A DNA stretch of 63,563 nt, counting the filler. It is 8 parts of 8 records of this genome, joined end to end, with 100 filler letters (N's around TTAATTAATTAA, not from the genome) between each part and the next. Parts side by side here need not be neighbours in the genome. Positions count along the whole stretch, not along the records: positions 37,777 to 46,074 come from SRR31147125_10192; positions 46,175 to 51,868 come from SRR31147125_10207; 6 more parts are not named here. One strand, written 5' to 3'. Position numbers and translations under genes: made by a program. Below are positions 41,970 through 51,968 of this stretch, in pieces. The notes beneath the pieces are model-generated. The model saw only the letters and a list, made by a program, of their open reading frames with translations, did no database searches and was not told the DNA's origin. Numbering within the stretch: the first letter of the stretch is position 1; every line of letters starts with the position of its first letter.

Positions 41970-42875
41970 ATGAAATCAGGTTATATCTCAATTATTGGAA
42001 AACCAAACAGCGGCAAATCGACACTTCTAAATAAAATATTGGGAGAGCGACTAGCTATTGTCACTCACAAAGCCCAAACGACGAGACACAAGATTGTAGG
42101 AATTCATAACCTTCCATGTGCTCAGATGGTTTTCTTAGACACTCCAGGATATCACAGTTCGGAAAAGCCGCTTAATCAGTTTATGATGGAGCAAGTTGAA
42201 TCTGCTATATATGATGCTGACGTTGTCTGTGCGGTTATTGATCTCAACGATATCAAGAAGGTTCACGAAAAGGATGAAGAAGAGTATTTGCAAAAATGTT
42301 TACTGCTTCCAGATAATGTTCAATCAAAAAAACTGACACCTGATAATACAATCATTATTTTGAATAAAGTCGATTCAATTCTCGATTCATGGGAAGTAAT
42401 AACGAATAAATATAAAGAAGTCTTTAAGGATTATAATGTTGCTGTTGTTTCCGGGCAGACAGGGCATGGTGTTGAAAATTTAATTCAGTTAATAGCAGAT
42501 AAACTTCCCGAAGGTCAGCCTTTTTATCCAGATGACATCTTCACTGAACATCCAGTTCGTTTTATAGTTTCAGAAATTATTCGTGAGCAAGTTCTACTAC
42601 AGATGCATGAAGAAGTTCCGTATTCAGTTGCAATTGAGATTGAACAATACAAAGAAGAGCCAAAGATTCACAGAATCCATGCGTCGATTATAGTAGAGAA
42701 AGACTCTCAAAAGGCAATGGTTATAGGTAAGGGTGGAACCAAGATTAAAAAGATTGGCGAACTAGCACGAACCAAAATCCAAGATTTAGTAGGCACCAAA
42801 GTTTTTCTAAAACTCTTTGTCCGAGTAGAAAAAAACTGGACCAAAAACCCAAACTCAATCAAAGAATTCTTTTAA
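41970..42875 (+). CDS. era: GTPase Era
   Basis: GKPNSGKST, QTTR, DTPG, NKVD, KH domain IGKGG. Confidence 0.96.
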   Translation: MKSGYISIIGKPNSGKSTLLNKILGERLAIVTHKAQTTRHKIVGIHNLPCAQMVFLDTPGYHSSEKPLNQFMMEQVESAIYDADVVCAVIDLNDIKKVHEKDEEEYLQKCLLLPDNVQSKKLTPDNTIIILNKVDSILDSWEVITNKYKEVFKDYNVAVVSGQTGHGVENLIQLIADKLPEGQPFYPDDIFTEHPVRFIVSEIIREQVLLQMHEEVPYSVAIEIEQYKEEPKIHRIHASIIVEKDSQKAMVIGKGGTKIKKIGELARTKIQDLVGTKVFLKLFVRVEKNWTKNPNSIKEFF

Positions 42876-43366
42876 TTCGATTAGCCTTCGAATGAAGCCC
42901 TTCGGGCGTAATTGAGAAGCAGTTTTTTGTTCTCCACAAGGTCGAACGATATTATATGCTCAACTCTGAGAAGAGTTGTTTATTGTGATAAACAGAAAGT
43001 ACTTTCTTTTACTAAAATCAATTCAGTTAAGATGTAGAGATCTGATAGGATCTATACATGACTTGGAAAGCCTGCCAGACAATTGACGGCTATATGCGTG
43101 AATGGAGTTGTAATCCACAGCGCATAATGGACTATAGGCGATATAAAGAAAAAAGAGATTTGTGTAGAGTTTGAATCTAAACCATCAGGTCATGATGCCT
43201 ACGCAGCTATTATCAAAACGTTAGACTTTCGTCTTTATGAGCGGATAACATCTGTTTCACATATCAGAATAGCCTATAATCAATCTCTATGGGACAAGAT
43301 TTCAAACTTTCTGAGTTGGTAGAAATTCTTTACAATCACCTCTAAATTTGCTACGCCGACATCACT

Positions 43367-45988
43367 ATGGCGGGAAATACACCAAAAATGACACCTATGA
43401 TGAAGCAGTACTGGGAGATCAAGAGTCGGTACCCAGATAAGGATACTATCCTTTTCTTTAGACTTGGTGATTTCTATGAGATGTTTTTTGATGATGCTGA
43501 AGTTGCCGCCAAGATTCTAGATATTGCTCTGACTTCAAGAAATAAGAGTAGTGATAATCCGGTTCCTCTATGTGGGATTCCTTTTCATTCAGCTGATGGT
43601 TATATTTCAAAGCTCCTAGCAGGCGGTAAAAAGGTTGCTATTTGCGAACAGGTTGAGGACCCAGCCAAAGCAAAAGGGATTGTCAAACGTGATGTCATAA
43701 GAGTTATAACGCCGGGAACAATAACAGAGTTAGAAAATCTTGAGTCTGGTAAGCACAACTATCTTGCTTCGATTCAACTGCTCGGAAACAAATGGGGATT
43801 CGCTCTAATCGACGTAACAACGGGGCTCTTCAAGGCTGCTGAGTTTGGGAGCTTAAAGGAACTTGTTGATGAACTCTCAAGAATTGAGCCCTCTGAACTT
43901 CTTCTCGGAAGATCTACAGCTGAAATTTTCAAGCCGGAAGAGTATCGTAGATGTTCACCAGGAACTGTTTTTACTCTCCTTGATGATCCGGCCTTTGATC
44001 CTAATTTTGTTCTCAATATTCTTGCTGATAAAGATATAAAAAAACTCCCTGACAGCGCAAAGGGTGCTGCTGGAGCAGTCTGTCACTATGTTGAATATAC
44101 GGCTAAAGAGGTTGTTTCTCATATCAAGGGAATTGAGCTTTATGAATCACGTCAGAGTATGATCATCAATGAATCGACTAAGCGCAATCTTGAGCTTACA
44201 AAGACGATGATAGATTCATCCAGGTATGGTTCGCTTCTATGGCTCCTTGATAAGACTGTAACGCCTATGGGTAGCAGAACCATACGTGAATGGCTGATAA
44301 GGCCACTTATTTCCTGTAAGGAGATCACTGCGAGACAAGACGCCGTTGAAACCCTTTTATCCGACAATATTTCATCTGAAAAGCTAGGCGATATCCTTTC
44401 ACATGTCTCTGATCTAGAGAGGATTTCAGGTCGGATAGCTATGGAAACGGCCAACGCAAGAGAGTTAGTTGCTCTTGACGCCTCCTTGAGATCCTTAGCT
44501 GAAATACTTGATCTTAAAAAGGATTTTCATAATAAGAAGTCGGGACTCTTAAAGGAAATTCTAGATAATATAGATGTTTTGAATGATGTGGTTAAACTGA
44601 TTGAGTCTTCAATTGCCGAAGAACCTCCTCTCAGCCTAAGAGAGGGTAAGATTATTAAGAAGGGCTTTTCAAGCGAACTTGATGAGCTCAGAGATATAAG
44701 CGTTGAAGGAAAGGGCTTTATCGCGAAGCTAGAGGCAAAAGAGCGTGAGAGAACCGGCATTTCGTCAATGAAGATCAAATATAACCGTGTCTTTGGTTAT
44801 TATATTGAGGTTACAAATACACACAAGGACAAGGTCCCAGAGGACTACATCAGGAAGCAGACACTTGCAAATGCCGAGAGGTACATAACACCCGACCTGA
44901 AGAGCTTTGAAGAGAAGGTCTTGGGTGCTGAGGAGCGTATAAAGGCATTAGAATATGAGTTGTTTGCTGGGATCAGATATAAATTAACTAGCTATGTGAA
45001 TAGAATCAAACAGACATCAAACGCAATTGCAAAGCTCGATTCTTTGCTATCTTTTGCGATAGTTGCCAGAGAGAATAGATATGTTAGGCCAGAGATAAAC
45101 GATTCTTCTGAGATTTTCATTAAAGAAGGCCGACATCCGATAATCGAAAAGTTGAATTCCAATGATCATTTTGTTCCAAATGATGTCTTGTTAAACAATT
45201 CAAGCGATCGTTTGCTTATTATTACTGGTCCCAATATGGCTGGTAAATCGACTATCATGCGTCAAGTAGCCATTATTGTTTTGATGGCTCAGACAGGTGG
45301 TTTTGTTCCTGCTAAAGAGGCAAAGATAGGAGTTGTCGATCGCATTTTTACGCGTGTTGGAGCCTCCGATAATATTATGCGTGGCCAATCTACGTTTATG
45401 GTTGAGATGCAAGAGGCCGCGAGTATTTTGAAGGATGCAACAGAGAAGAGCTTGATAATCATTGATGAGATAGGGCGCGGAACATCTACTTTTGATGGTG
45501 TTGCTATCGCATGGTCTGTTGCAGAATTTATTCATGATAAGGTTAAGGCTAAGACTCTATTTGCAACTCACTATCATGAATTGACAGATATTGTTTTGAC
45601 GAAAAAGGGCGCAAAGAATTTCAATATTGCTGTCAAAGAGTGGAACGACCAGATCATCTTTTTGCATAAACTTGTTCAGGGCGGTGTTAATCACAGTTAC
45701 GGTATTCAGGTTGCGCAGCTTGCAGGGCTTCCTGAGAGTGTTATAGAGCGTGCGCGTGAAGTTCTTTCAAATCTTGAAACTGGTGAGCTTGATGAAGTTG
45801 GACAGCCAACACTTGCATATTCAAAAGGTGAGAAGAGAAAGAAAGCAGAGAAAGATATTAATCAGTTGCAGCTCTTTCACAAAGATGCTGACAGTAAGAT
45901 TATCCAAGAATTGAAGAATTTGAACCTAGAAGTAACAACCCCAATAGAAGCCCTAAATATCCTCCACAAACTAAAATCCGACATGTAA
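43367..45988 (+). CDS. mutS: DNA mismatch repair protein MutS
   Basis: TPMMKQY, GDFYEMF, TGPNMAGKST, STFMVEM, DEIGRGT, ATHYHE. Confidence 0.97.
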   Translation: MAGNTPKMTPMMKQYWEIKSRYPDKDTILFFRLGDFYEMFFDDAEVAAKILDIALTSRNKSSDNPVPLCGIPFHSADGYISKLLAGGKKVAICEQVEDPAKAKGIVKRDVIRVITPGTITELENLESGKHNYLASIQLLGNKWGFALIDVTTGLFKAAEFGSLKELVDELSRIEPSELLLGRSTAEIFKPEEYRRCSPGTVFTLLDDPAFDPNFVLNILADKDIKKLPDSAKGAAGAVCHYVEYTAKEVVSHIKGIELYESRQSMIINESTKRNLELTKTMIDSSRYGSLLWLLDKTVTPMGSRTIREWLIRPLISCKEITARQDAVETLLSDNISSEKLGDILSHVSDLERISGRIAMETANARELVALDASLRSLAEILDLKKDFHNKKSGLLKEILDNIDVLNDVVKLIESSIAEEPPLSLREGKIIKKGFSSELDELRDISVEGKGFIAKLEAKERERTGISSMKIKYNRVFGYYIEVTNTHKDKVPEDYIRKQTLANAERYITPDLKSFEEKVLGAEERIKALEYELFAGIRYKLTSYVNRIKQTSNAIAKLDSLLSFAIVARENRYVRPEINDSSEIFIKEGRHPIIEKLNSNDHFVPNDVLLNNSSDRLLIITGPNMAGKSTIMRQVAIIVLMAQTGGFVPAKEAKIGVVDRIFTRVGASDNIMRGQSTFMVEMQEAASILKDATEKSLIIIDEIGRGTSTFDGVAIAWSVAEFIHDKVKAKTLFATHYHELTDIVLTKKGAKNFNIAVKEWNDQIIFLHKLVQGGVNHSYGIQVAQLAGLPESVIERAREVLSNLETGELDEVGQPTLAYSKGEKRKKAEKDINQLQLFHKDADSKIIQELKNLNLEVTTPIEALNILHKLKSDM

Positions 45989-46001
45989 ATTTTTACACCT
46001 T

Positions 46002-46074
46002 GTCATCTTCGGACTTGATCCGAGGATCTATGCTATCGATGATACAAGATCCTCGGGTCAAGCCCGAGGATGAC
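46002..46074. repeat. REP-like palindrome pair at contig end
   Basis: GTCATCTTCGGACTTGATCCGAGGATCT...AGATCCTCGGGTCAAGCCCGAGGATGAC. Confidence 0.85.
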
Positions 46075-46174
46075 NNNNNNNNNNNNNNNNNNNNNNNNNN
46101 NNNNNNNNNNNNNNNNNNTTAATTAATTAANNNNNNNNNNNNNNNNNNNNNNNNNNNNNNNNNNNNNNNNNNNN
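46075..46174. other. Artificial contig linker
   Basis: N44-TTAATTAATTAA-N44. Confidence 0.99.
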
Positions 46175-46176
46175 CT

Positions 46177-47472
46177 GAGGTTAAAAAGATAACCAGTAGT
46201 ACTGAATTTACTGGGTATGATAGCATTGCTCTGGATGGAGCGCAAGTTCTGGCAATTATAAAAGGTGATGCTTTGGCTGAATCGGCTGCAGCAGGGGATG
46301 AGGTTACTATTGTTCTTGATAAGACACCTTTCTATGGTGAATCAGGTGGTCAGGTTGGTGATACGGGTGTTATTGTCGGGCTGAATAATCTGGAAATAAT
46401 TATAGAATCTACCGAGAAGGTAGATGGCATATTTATTCATATAGGTAAAATTGAGTCTGGAGAAATTCAGAGAGGGCAGGAAGTCAGCTGTAGAGTCGAT
46501 GAGCAGAGAAGGGTAGATATCGCCCGTAATCATACTGCGACTCATCTGCTTCATAAAGCGTTGCAGGAAGTGCTTGGTGAAGGTGCTCTGCAGAAGGGTA
46601 GTTATGTTGCTCCTGACAAGCTACGCTTTGACTATCAGCATAATAAAGCGTTGACTCCTGACGAACGCAGAAGAGTCAATGAGCTTGTCAATTCATATAT
46701 TCTGGGGGCGAGTGATGTGGAGACCACTGTTACCAGTATTGACGAGGCTAAGGAAGCAGGAGCGACAGCTCTCTTTGGTGAGAAATATGGTGATACTGTG
46801 CGTATGGTCAAGATAGGGGATTACTCAACCGAACTGTGTGGTGGTACACACATTGGTAATACTGCGCTTATCGGGTCTTTTGGTGGTGTGAACCATGAGG
46901 CGGTCGGAGCGGGTATTCGTCGTATCGAAGCTGTTACCGGACATTACGCTCACCGCATGATGCGTAAGCTATCGGCGACTCTTATGAATATGAGTCTTGA
47001 CCTCAAGGTTGGGATTGATGATCTTGAAGATAAAGTCAGAGCTATGCTTGAGAATGAGAAGAATCTGAAGAAAGAAGTGGCTGCACTCAAGAGTGAACTG
47101 GTTAAAGGGAGCATGGCAGATATCGAAACAGTCGAGCTTGACGGTATAACCTATGCAGCTGTAAATGCTGGGGCTGTGCTTGGTAAAGATTTGACAGCAG
47201 CGGCGGATACTGTCAAAAAGCAGGTTGGGGATGCTGGTGTTGCTGTGCTGGCAGGAACTGATGGTAAGAAGGTCGGGCTGGTTGTGACTGTTGGTAAAGA
47301 GCTGGCTCCGAAGAGAATAAAGGCGGGGGATATTGTCAAGAAGCTTGCGCCTGTAGTAGGCGGCGGCGGTGGTGGTAGACCTGATATGGCACAGGCCGGG
47401 GGTAAGAACCCGGAAAAACTTGCTGAGATGCTGGATATGGTGCCTGCTGTAATCAGAGAGTTGCTTCAGTAG
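46177..47472 (+). CDS. alaS: Alanine--tRNA ligase, 5'-truncated
   Basis: TEFTGYD, TPFYGESGGQVGD, NHTATHLLH, ELCGGTH, GGGGGRPDMAQAGG. Confidence 0.96.
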   Translation, partial: EVKKITSSTEFTGYDSIALDGAQVLAIIKGDALAESAAAGDEVTIVLDKTPFYGESGGQVGDTGVIVGLNNLEIIIESTEKVDGIFIHIGKIESGEIQRGQEVSCRVDEQRRVDIARNHTATHLLHKALQEVLGEGALQKGSYVAPDKLRFDYQHNKALTPDERRRVNELVNSYILGASDVETTVTSIDEAKEAGATALFGEKYGDTVRMVKIGDYSTELCGGTHIGNTALIGSFGGVNHEAVGAGIRRIEAVTGHYAHRMMRKLSATLMNMSLDLKVGIDDLEDKVRAMLENEKNLKKEVAALKSELVKGSMADIETVELDGITYAAVNAGAVLGKDLTAAADTVKKQVGDAGVAVLAGTDGKKVGLVVTVGKELAPKRIKAGDIVKKLAPVVGGGGGGRPDMAQAGGKNPEKLAEMLDMVPAVIRELLQ

Positions 47473-47769
47473 AGACTCTCTCTGGTAGGGCTGGTGATCA
47501 AAAAAGTAGCAAGAAATGCATGCAAGGCTTGCACCTTGCGGGATTTGTTCTGCTTTGCTTGTTAAATGAGATTACTGATAATCAGTGTTTTGTGCGGCAG
47601 CCGAGGGTGTAATTTGTTTTGCAATAATATTTACATGTATTGTATCTTTTTATGCTGATTATTATTTGCATAAGTTGTATAAAAGGGATATAATAAATTT
47701 GTTAAAGAAGAGTATGCTTATCTTATAATTTTAGAATATTATATAATATATAGTTGTAGCCTTTTTATG

Positions 47770-47803
47770 CAAAATCACTCTTTTCTGTAAAAGAGTGATT
47801 TTG
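47770..47803. repeat. Perfect 15-bp inverted repeat in intergenic region
   Basis: CAAAATCACTCTTTT-CTGT-AAAAGAGTGATTTTG. Confidence 0.8.
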
Positions 47804-48027
47804 TATTATAAAAGCTTTTATGTCTATATTGTTTAGAAAATAGGGGCGTTTCCTTAGATATAGGCTTTTGGGCTTTTACTGCTGCTGGAAGAAATGTTTA
47901 ATATTGACGCTAGCCTAAGTGAGTCTTGTTGGGGTTTATTCAGGATATAGAGGGTAATTATTATTTTAATTTATTTAGGGTATATGTTTTTCAGGATGTT
48001 GCAGGATTAATCGAGTAAGGGGAAATT

Positions 48028-48441
48028 ATGTGTGCTGATATGCAATTTGATGGGAATGATTCTGAGGGAGAGTCCAGAAGTTATAATTTAGGAGAAGATG
48101 ATTCTGGCGGTGGAGATAAAGCGCATGAGATACTTGAGTATAACTGGCTTGTTCAGAAGTTTGCAACGGTTCTTTATGAATACAATTTTTGGATAAAAAC
48201 CTGTGCATATTCTGTTATCTTCTTAGGACTAATTTCTTGTTATCCGCTTATCGGTATAATTTCAGGCATACCAATGATTCTTATGGGATGGTTTCTGTTA
48301 AAAGCAGTTAAGAATTATGAAGAAGCAATGGAGAGTGGTTGTTTTAAAGCTTTTGGAAGGTCTATAGGCTTAATACATAAGTATTTTAAGCTTACTTTAA
48401 TTTCACATGCTGTTAATGTTTTATTTGCGGGTATCTTGTGA
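48028..48441 (+). CDS. DUF5362-like small membrane protein
   Basis: WIK...G...IG...GIP.I.MGWFL.KA...Y..A...G....F...I..IHKYFK pattern; acidic N-terminus. Confidence 0.6.
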   Translation: MCADMQFDGNDSEGESRSYNLGEDDSGGGDKAHEILEYNWLVQKFATVLYEYNFWIKTCAYSVIFLGLISCYPLIGIISGIPMILMGWFLLKAVKNYEEAMESGCFKAFGRSIGLIHKYFKLTLISHAVNVLFAGIL

Positions 48442-48585
48442 GTGATGACGTTTAGTGTTGAGGTGAATTGCAGTATATCGTTCAACGATCAATTTAGTAT
48501 TGATGTATTTGGTTGTTAAGATTATGTTGAAATGGGTATGGTTGTTATAATTGTTTCTTAGTTATAACAATCTTAAAGGACTATT

Positions 48586-49089
48586 ATGGATAATGCTGTT
48601 GAATTAGGTTTAGAAAAAATTAATGAAGAAGGTGGCCTCGCTGGAGTTGATAGAGGGGATGATTCTAGTGACGATAATATAGGCAATACTATTGTGCGTG
48701 AACTGGCTAGGGTGTTCCTAGAGGGTAAAGATGTAATCAAGATTGTAGCGTATATACAAATTGTATGTGGTGGGTTGCTTGCCTTGGGTTGTGCTGCGTT
48801 TTTTTTGTATGCGATTGGTGATGATTACTTTTCGGGGTTATATATTGGTGGCAGTTTTATTGTACTCGTCGCGATAGTTTCATATATAGTGGCAGCCTTC
48901 AAGCTATTGAGATTGTTTTATTATATTGATATTGCTAACGAGAAAGGGAGTGAACTGGCGTTTACTCAAGGGTTGCATGCATTAGGTACGTTTTTTAAAA
49001 TAGCAGGTATAATATATTTAGCTTGTATTTGCATATATCTGGTTATAATGGGTTTTACAGGATATTCCTTATTGTCCTTTGTCTTTTAG
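48586..49089 (+). CDS. DUF5362-like small membrane protein (paralog)
   Basis: IK.VAY.QIV.G...KL....YIDIA...GSE.AF..GL..LGTFFKIAGI; acidic N-terminus. Confidence 0.6.
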   Translation: MDNAVELGLEKINEEGGLAGVDRGDDSSDDNIGNTIVRELARVFLEGKDVIKIVAYIQIVCGGLLALGCAAFFLYAIGDDYFSGLYIGGSFIVLVAIVSYIVAAFKLLRLFYYIDIANEKGSELAFTQGLHALGTFFKIAGIIYLACICIYLVIMGFTGYSLLSFVF

Positions 49090-49113
49090 TAATTTTATTC
49101 TGGGGTTATAGAT

Positions 49114-51368
49114 ATGTCAGATAGTTATCAGGATGATGAAGTAGAGTTTGATGAAAGCTTTGAACTTTCTGCGGAGGAGGGTGAGGATCTTTTGTTTCAG
49201 CCTCAGGCAGTTGAAGAAGAGTCAGAAGATGCTGATGGTAATGACAATATAAACCTTGTTGTAGGTGAGTATGAGGATGATGATGTTGAAGATATTGAAC
49301 TGACACCGTCTAGGGACAATATAAAAACAGAGGTAGAGGATTTTCCGCTTTCAAAAGAGATCAAAGAACTTGTGGAAGAGCGGATCTTGAAGTTGACTCA
49401 GCTTGATGAATTAGAGGTGAAAAGACAGGAGATAAAAGATAAGGGGGAGCTTGAGCAGAGTGTTCTGGTTGCTTTGAATCTGCAGAGTTCTGAAATGAAG
49501 ACTTTGCCTGAAATAACCGAATTAAGGAAGCGAAGAGCTGCATTTCATAAAAAAGTAAAAACGTTACAGGAAAAACAGAAAGAACTGCAGGAAAAAGCTG
49601 TGGTGGCTGGCGAAAAAGAGTGTGAGATTATCATAACCAATGATATGAAAAAGGTCTGGTCTCTTGCGCAGGAGCAGTATAAAATTCTTTTCGCCAGAGC
49701 TGAACTGCTGCCGAAAATTTTTGAGTCAGCAAAGGAGTATCTGAAGAAAGAGCCGCTCTATAATATGTTGATTGCTTCGGGGTATTCGGCTGAGAAGTTA
49801 TTCTGTTATGCGATATATGCGCTTGCGCTCGAGCAGTGCAGTAAGGCACTGCGAGATTTGCGGAAAAATAGAATGGTTGAGGTCAAAGAGCTTACTGCTA
49901 AAAAGAAAAGATTTTTAAAAAAGCAACCCCTGAAGAACAGCTCAAGCTTGCGCAGCTCCAGAAAAGATGCGAGGTTTTGAATGACTCTGTTCTGGCGATA
50001 AATAAAGAACTCAAGAGTTTTGAAAAAATTCTTGTACAGGAATTCTGGAAGTGTTATGACGTCTGTGCTTGTCTGTTGGTGAGCGGTAAGGTGAAGAGTC
50101 AGAGAGAGCCTATCATACGAGTATTTCTACGTTATGGACTGCTTGGGCATGCTCCTTGGTTTATTGCTAGCAGTACAGCCAAAATGCTGCTGAAAAACTG
50201 TATAGCAAGTGTAAAAAGGAAGTTTATACCTGCACAGAAAAAAGATCTGATTCTTTATGCTGATGAATATATCGAGTATGTTGTAAAGAATTATATTACT
50301 GGTTCTATCAATGAGGAGCTTGAACTTACTGGTAGAAATTCGCCGGAATGGCATGCTGATAAGGCTGTGCGGAGAATCTGTTTCAGTAGAAACAGGGCTT
50401 TTATTCTCAAAGAAGCAAGAGCTGAACTGATAGAAAAGATTAAAGTCCTCAAAGCCCGACAGAAAGAAGAAGAGCTTCGCCTGAGCAAGACGCTCAAGAC
50501 TGCGCTTAATTATAAGAAAACAAAAGCAGAGCTTGCGCAGTCTATACAGAAGTGCAAGGTTGAGTCTGCTCGTTATGAACGCATTATTATGCGTATTGCG
50601 GAAGAGGAACTTCCCAGTATCAAAGAAAAGGCAATTGTTGCTAACGAAAAATTGCAGCATAGCGGGGTAAAGCTTGGGGCTTTTGTAATTGCCAGAAAAG
50701 AAGCTGCCGCTATTCATCGTGTTTGCAGGCTGGGAGCTAAACTCAAAGATCCGTTTTTGCCGTTTGTGCTGAGGGATTCATATAACCCTACTAGTGATGT
50801 AGTTAATTCTCGTGAAAAGCTCTCTGAGATAATGGAATATGTCGAGCATGGCGACAAACATATCTTTGATGAGGTTTTGGTCAATGCCAATAAAGAAGCA
50901 CTCCGAATTTATATGCGTGTGCCGCCTGTTATTCTGATTACACCTGCATGTGGGTTTATAGGTTACTCCTGGAATCCTCGTAATGGAGTGGAAGCTGGGA
51001 AGCTGGTTGTGCCGGGGTATTGTCCGCGTTCCAATATACGTGAACGTATGCTTTATAATATGTTGGCTGATTTCAGGTGGGATACAAGTAAAGCTGAGGC
51101 AGGGATTGACCTTTTGACCAGTGATACGCTGGTGGCTGCGTACTCTTCCTGTCGGTGGAATTACCGCAAGAAGAAGAAAGAAAATAGGGAAAAAGCGCTT
51201 ATATTCAATGAGATGAATGACAGGACGAACTGGCGCAGGCATTATGAGCTTTTCCTGATGAGTGTCGATGATGCGGGAAGAAAGTTGTATTATAAGAATT
51301 ATGATGTCTATGAGATGATGATGAAGTATATTGGACTTCCTGAAGGCACCGAAAGACTTCGCAGATAA
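49114..51368 (+). CDS. Large uncharacterised coiled-coil protein, split by an apparent -1 frameshift near 49912-49922
   Basis: ORF 49114-49980 joins ORF 49977-51368 via KATPEEQLKLAQLQKRCEVLNDS in the -1 frame. C-terminal conserved-looking domain: PPVILITPACG, LADFRWD, LVAAYS. Confidence 0.7.
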
Positions 51369-51377
51369 AATTACACA

Positions 51378-51412
51378 AGACTCGCCTGTTTATGAGGGTG
51401 AGTCTTTTTTTT
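51378..51412 (+). terminator. Intrinsic terminator
   Basis: AAGACTCGCC-loop-GGTGAGTCTT followed by a T-run. Confidence 0.7.
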
Positions 51413-51671
51413 ATAAATCTGAGAATACGCTGAGGATTTTTGCTGTTTTTCTCAAGCTTTAATCATATGTTTATGTATGTAAAAAAATAATTGCTAATTT
51501 TCTATATTCATGCTGATTTTGACATTAGATGCTGGCTATTGTACGGTATTTCAATATCATTTATAGTGTGTGATAGGTATTTATTTTGCAAAATCTGTGG
51601 CATATAATTATTGTGCTCAGGTTTAAATGTTTTTGCAGTACAGAAGAAGAAAGAGAAAGGCATATCGCTAT

Positions 51672-51868
51672 ATGCAACGAAAACAGACTAAGATTATTGC
51701 TACAATTTCTGACAGAGAATGTGATGTTGAATTTATCCGTGAGCTTTATGATGCGGGGATGAATGTGGTCAGGCTCAATACCGCTCATCAGACACCTGTT
51801 GATACCCTCAAAGTTGTAAACAATGTTCGGGAAGTATCTGGTGAGATAGCTCTTCTACTTGATACTAA
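51672..51868 (+). CDS. pyk: Pyruvate kinase, 3'-truncated
   Basis: KQTKIIATI, AGMNVVRLNTAH, IALLLDT. Confidence 0.88.
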
Positions 51869-51968
51869 NNNNNNNNNNNNNNNNNNNNNNNNNNNNNNNN
51901 NNNNNNNNNNNNTTAATTAATTAANNNNNNNNNNNNNNNNNNNNNNNNNNNNNNNNNNNNNNNNNNNN
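51869..51968. other. Artificial contig linker
   Basis: N44-TTAATTAATTAA-N44. Confidence 0.99.

Noticed and set aside
48439..48519. TGA readthrough or an alternative genetic code in the first DUF5362-like gene
   Set aside because: The 25 codons after the TGA are unremarkable, and other genes on this contig use TGG for Trp with no internal TGA.
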